A stretch of 62,167 bases of DNA, filler included, from Rhabdomonas costata (taxonomy: Eukaryota): the NCBI GenBank assembly GCA_019059605.1. It is 31 parts of 31 records of this genome, joined end to end, with 100 filler letters (N's around TTAATTAATTAA, not from the genome) between each part and the next. Parts side by side here need not be neighbours in the genome. Positions count along the whole stretch, not along the records: positions 58,254 to 60,160 come from JAHMHO010007518.1; positions 60,261 to 62,167 come from JAHMHO010007519.1; 29 more parts are not named here. The stretch is one strand, 5' to 3'. The position numbers and the translations under genes are program-made. How positions within the stretch are numbered: the stretch's first letter is position 1; each line of letters starts with the position of its first letter. The notes beneath the pieces were generated by a model that was not told the DNA's origin, did no database searches, and was given only the letters and a program-made list of their open reading frames with translations. Shown here piece after piece: positions 59,311 through 62,167 of the stretch.

Positions 59311-59927
59311 AAGCAGAGAGGCGTTTTTACCACTGGAAAAGAAGACAGCGAGCAAACATGTTGCTAGACCAGGAGGCAGGAGGGGGCAGAAGGGCGGACT
59401 AAGCCCGAATCGAAACGAGAAGGTCATTGGCTCTGTTTGGGAGCCTCCCACCACACAAGAACCGGAGAAAGGCGAATTGTAAACCGAATTTGGCATCATG
59501 CTGTGCTGCCCATCTCGCTGGAGTTAGAAAAGCGAGATACATTACCTTCCGGCGGGTTTCCCCGCAGCCGGAGGACAAAGATCCCGGGAAAGCGAGCTCA
59601 CAACACTCAGCGCCTGCTCCACGGTCAAGCCGAGCAAGACAGTACTCTGTGCAACGCTGTCACGAATTTTGCCAACCAATTCAGCGTCCTGGAAGAGAGC
59701 CAGCGAGGAGATGAATTTCAAAGCACGGGGCACGCAGAACCTTCATCTGATTCCATATCACTGCATGATAAACTCCAATGAGGGCGGAAGCATGCCTGGG
59801 GTCTTTCGTATTTGCAGCAGGCTTCCCAAACGCTGCGTTTCCGAAAAGAATCTGGCTTCATTCATTTTTGCAGCAAGGTGTAGTCGGAGAGTAGCAGTAT
59901 AATAGTAGTTATTTCCCAGTGTAGTAG

Positions 59928-59958
59928 CACAGAATCAAACAGAATCAAACAGAATCAA
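59928..59958 (+). repeat. 10-bp tandem repeat (ACAGAATCAA)x3
   Basis: Three direct copies are visible. Confidence 0.8.
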
Positions 59959-62167
59959 AGATCAAATGCAAAAGGCAATACGTACATACAAGCGCATCAA
60001 GAACGTCCTGCTCCCGCACGGGCAGGATTCTTTCGGTAGCACCACGAATAGCTCCTGCAACTGCGGCAGCGGCACAACTTGGACCTGACTGGGGAACCAT
60101 GCCCACCCAAGCAGCCGGGAATGCAGAAGTTGGAGTCAGGCAAGCCTTGCACAGCCAGAANNNNNNNNNNNNNNNNNNNNNNNNNNNNNNNNNNNNNNNN
60201 NNNNTTAATTAATTAANNNNNNNNNNNNNNNNNNNNNNNNNNNNNNNNNNNNNNNNNNNNTTTTGGTGGTCATCCTTGAACCACGTTTCTTTTGATAAAC
60301 CAATATTTCTTTCTTCACGAGAACGTCCGGAGTTGTTCCATTATAAATACCTTTACAGCAGCACACACGTTGAACCACAGCAACGCACAAGGCTAGGTAG
60401 TGCTGTGACCTCGGGGATCAACGCACAGAGTGGGCGAGGAGCGTTTCCCATCTGGTGGCATCTAGCGGCTTCAAGCTTCCAAGGCAGAGTAGAGCGGAGG
60501 TTTCGGCCCTGGGGCGCGTTGGTTTGTATTAACGTGGTGACCAAGTGGATGAAGAAGCCCGACAGGGGACAAGGATATGAGATGTACCCCCACCTTTGGG
60601 GGAAAAGAATTGGCATGGCATCAGTGGTCTGTGCTGCCTCTCCTAAGACGTTTCGCAAGAAGTGCCGAGCACAGTGCCCCAAGAACCTATAGATTCCTGA
60701 GCCCTCATCAACCACCATCTCAACCCTGGAAAAGCAGAACTGAAATCTGGAAAGGTTTGAAGCTGTGAAGAAGCTGCCAAAGTCGTCTGCAGAGATTAGC
60801 CAAAATGGGCTTCCGGTATGCTTTTCTCTGGTTTACTACGGCGAAGTATGAAACTGGGAGAATTCAAACGTAGTTTTCAGCTGGAAAAGTAGTTGATGCG
60901 TGCGTGAAGACCGGGAAGCCCGGGTGAGTTGAATTTGTTTTTCAGGAACTGAAACCCCATTGTTCTGTTCCATTTTATGAATACTTTCTTGGAATGTTAC
61001 TTAGATTTCTGCATTGTATGCTGTGTCACCAAAATCTGGTGTCAGTTTTTTTGTTTTTTCCTCAGTTTTTTCTGCACGTATTCTTCTTCTCGGCGTTTTT
61101 TCCCTCGGAGCCCGTGCAAGTAGGTCGAACATTTTATCTTTTCGTCGTTCCTTTTCAGCCTTGGTGAAGAGTAGTGGTCATGGTGGACAAACAAAGCCCG
61201 TGTTTTTTTTTCAGATGATGGGTTATCGTGCTATCCAGTTGAGCAAATGAAAATCGACCCCACACTGATTTTCACTTTGCAACTTTTTAATGCTGTCCTG
61301 CCTTCAACCTGCACGTTTCCTTGGTGTCCCATACTGGGTCACCTGCCTTTACCTGCTGTGTTGCATCCCGAAGCACCTGTGGGGTGGTGTCAACGATTTT
61401 CTTTGTGGGTGGGTTTGCCAACTGGTTCCGTCTGTCAGCCCTATTTTTTCTTCCACCTTGGTGTTGGTACGCGCTTCCAGCTGTCGCCAACCAACTCACT
61501 CGGTTTCCATGTCCCATCGCGACAGCACACTTGGTTACGTGACATCATCTGTGCCTTCTAACGATATCGACGACGCATAAGCGCTGGTAGGGAGATCAGA
61601 CCTTTCAGTTCTGATGCAAGTGCCGACCCATGTGGGAGAGGGAGTGCGCGGAGGGGATGGATGATTTTACAGGAGCCCATGTACGACCTCAAGATGAGCA
61701 AGCGTGGGGGTTCCCGATGTCTGTGAGACCCTCCATGCACCGGTCAATGACGGAACGTAGCTTATAAAGGAAATTCCCAACAAACTCACCCGTGCATATT
61801 GGGCAACCCAGCAAAACCCACAAAACCCAGCAAAACCCAGCAGAATTTTTCATCTTTTCAGTCCACCCGGGTCACCAGGAGCCCGCAGCGACGGGGGAGC
61901 CGGAGAGTCCCCAAACAATACCCCCTCGTCCACGTGCCAATGCCTTCCTCTCAAACCCAAGTTTTTGAGTAGGGCAACTAGCCCGTCAAGGAGAAGAGAA
62001 GAGGCCCACAGGGATCCCCTGCTGGACGCCACAAGACGACTGAAGGGAGAACCCAGGTCATAACACGTGCGAGCGTGGGCACAAACCTTTTCAAAGCACT
62101 TGACAACTGCAGAGATTGAACGCATCACGAAAGTCAATTTGTGTAATTCCCTCTCTCACCCCCCACC

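Noticed and set aside
60000-60035. tRNA-like 3' arm (GAATCCTGCCCGTG on the minus strand)
   Set aside because: It has no TTCGA T-loop, D-arm or anticodon arm; it is only a small hairpin.

Overview
This is not a contiguous locus. It is a pseudo-scaffold of 31 unrelated ~1.9-kb contigs joined by 30 artificial 100-nt spacers (N-run + TTAATTAATTAA + N-run). Most contig ends carry G/T-only (or C/A-only) tails and four end in perfect fold-backs, which points to whole-genome amplification of a single cell with G/T degenerate primers. The DNA is eukaryotic and intron-rich, with short exons and GT-AG introns that often start GTGTG/GTATG. Receptor-type adenylate cyclase fragments and the donor consensus suggest a euglenozoan (euglenid- or diplonemid-like) protist, but this is inference. 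By manual splicing I can support fragments of: chitin synthase, COQ5/UbiE, RUVBL2, DPH1, BolA, a papain-family protease, a Spindle-E/TDRD9-like DExH helicase, a DEDDy 3'-5' exonuclease with a putative degenerate dsRBD, an RlmM/FtsJ-like methyltransferase, an SGNH hydrolase, three adenylate-cyclase-type receptor pieces, RING, RRM and EF-hand proteins, and an intronless 39-aa helical-repeat protein. The most notable items are the intron-containing division-1-type chitin synthase, two candidate small-RNA silencing factors, the 39-aa repeat protein, and a possible tyrosine-recombinase relic beside three hairpin repeats. No CRISPR array, rRNA, tRNA or SL RNA gene was recognised. Gene adjacency across spacers carries no biological meaning.
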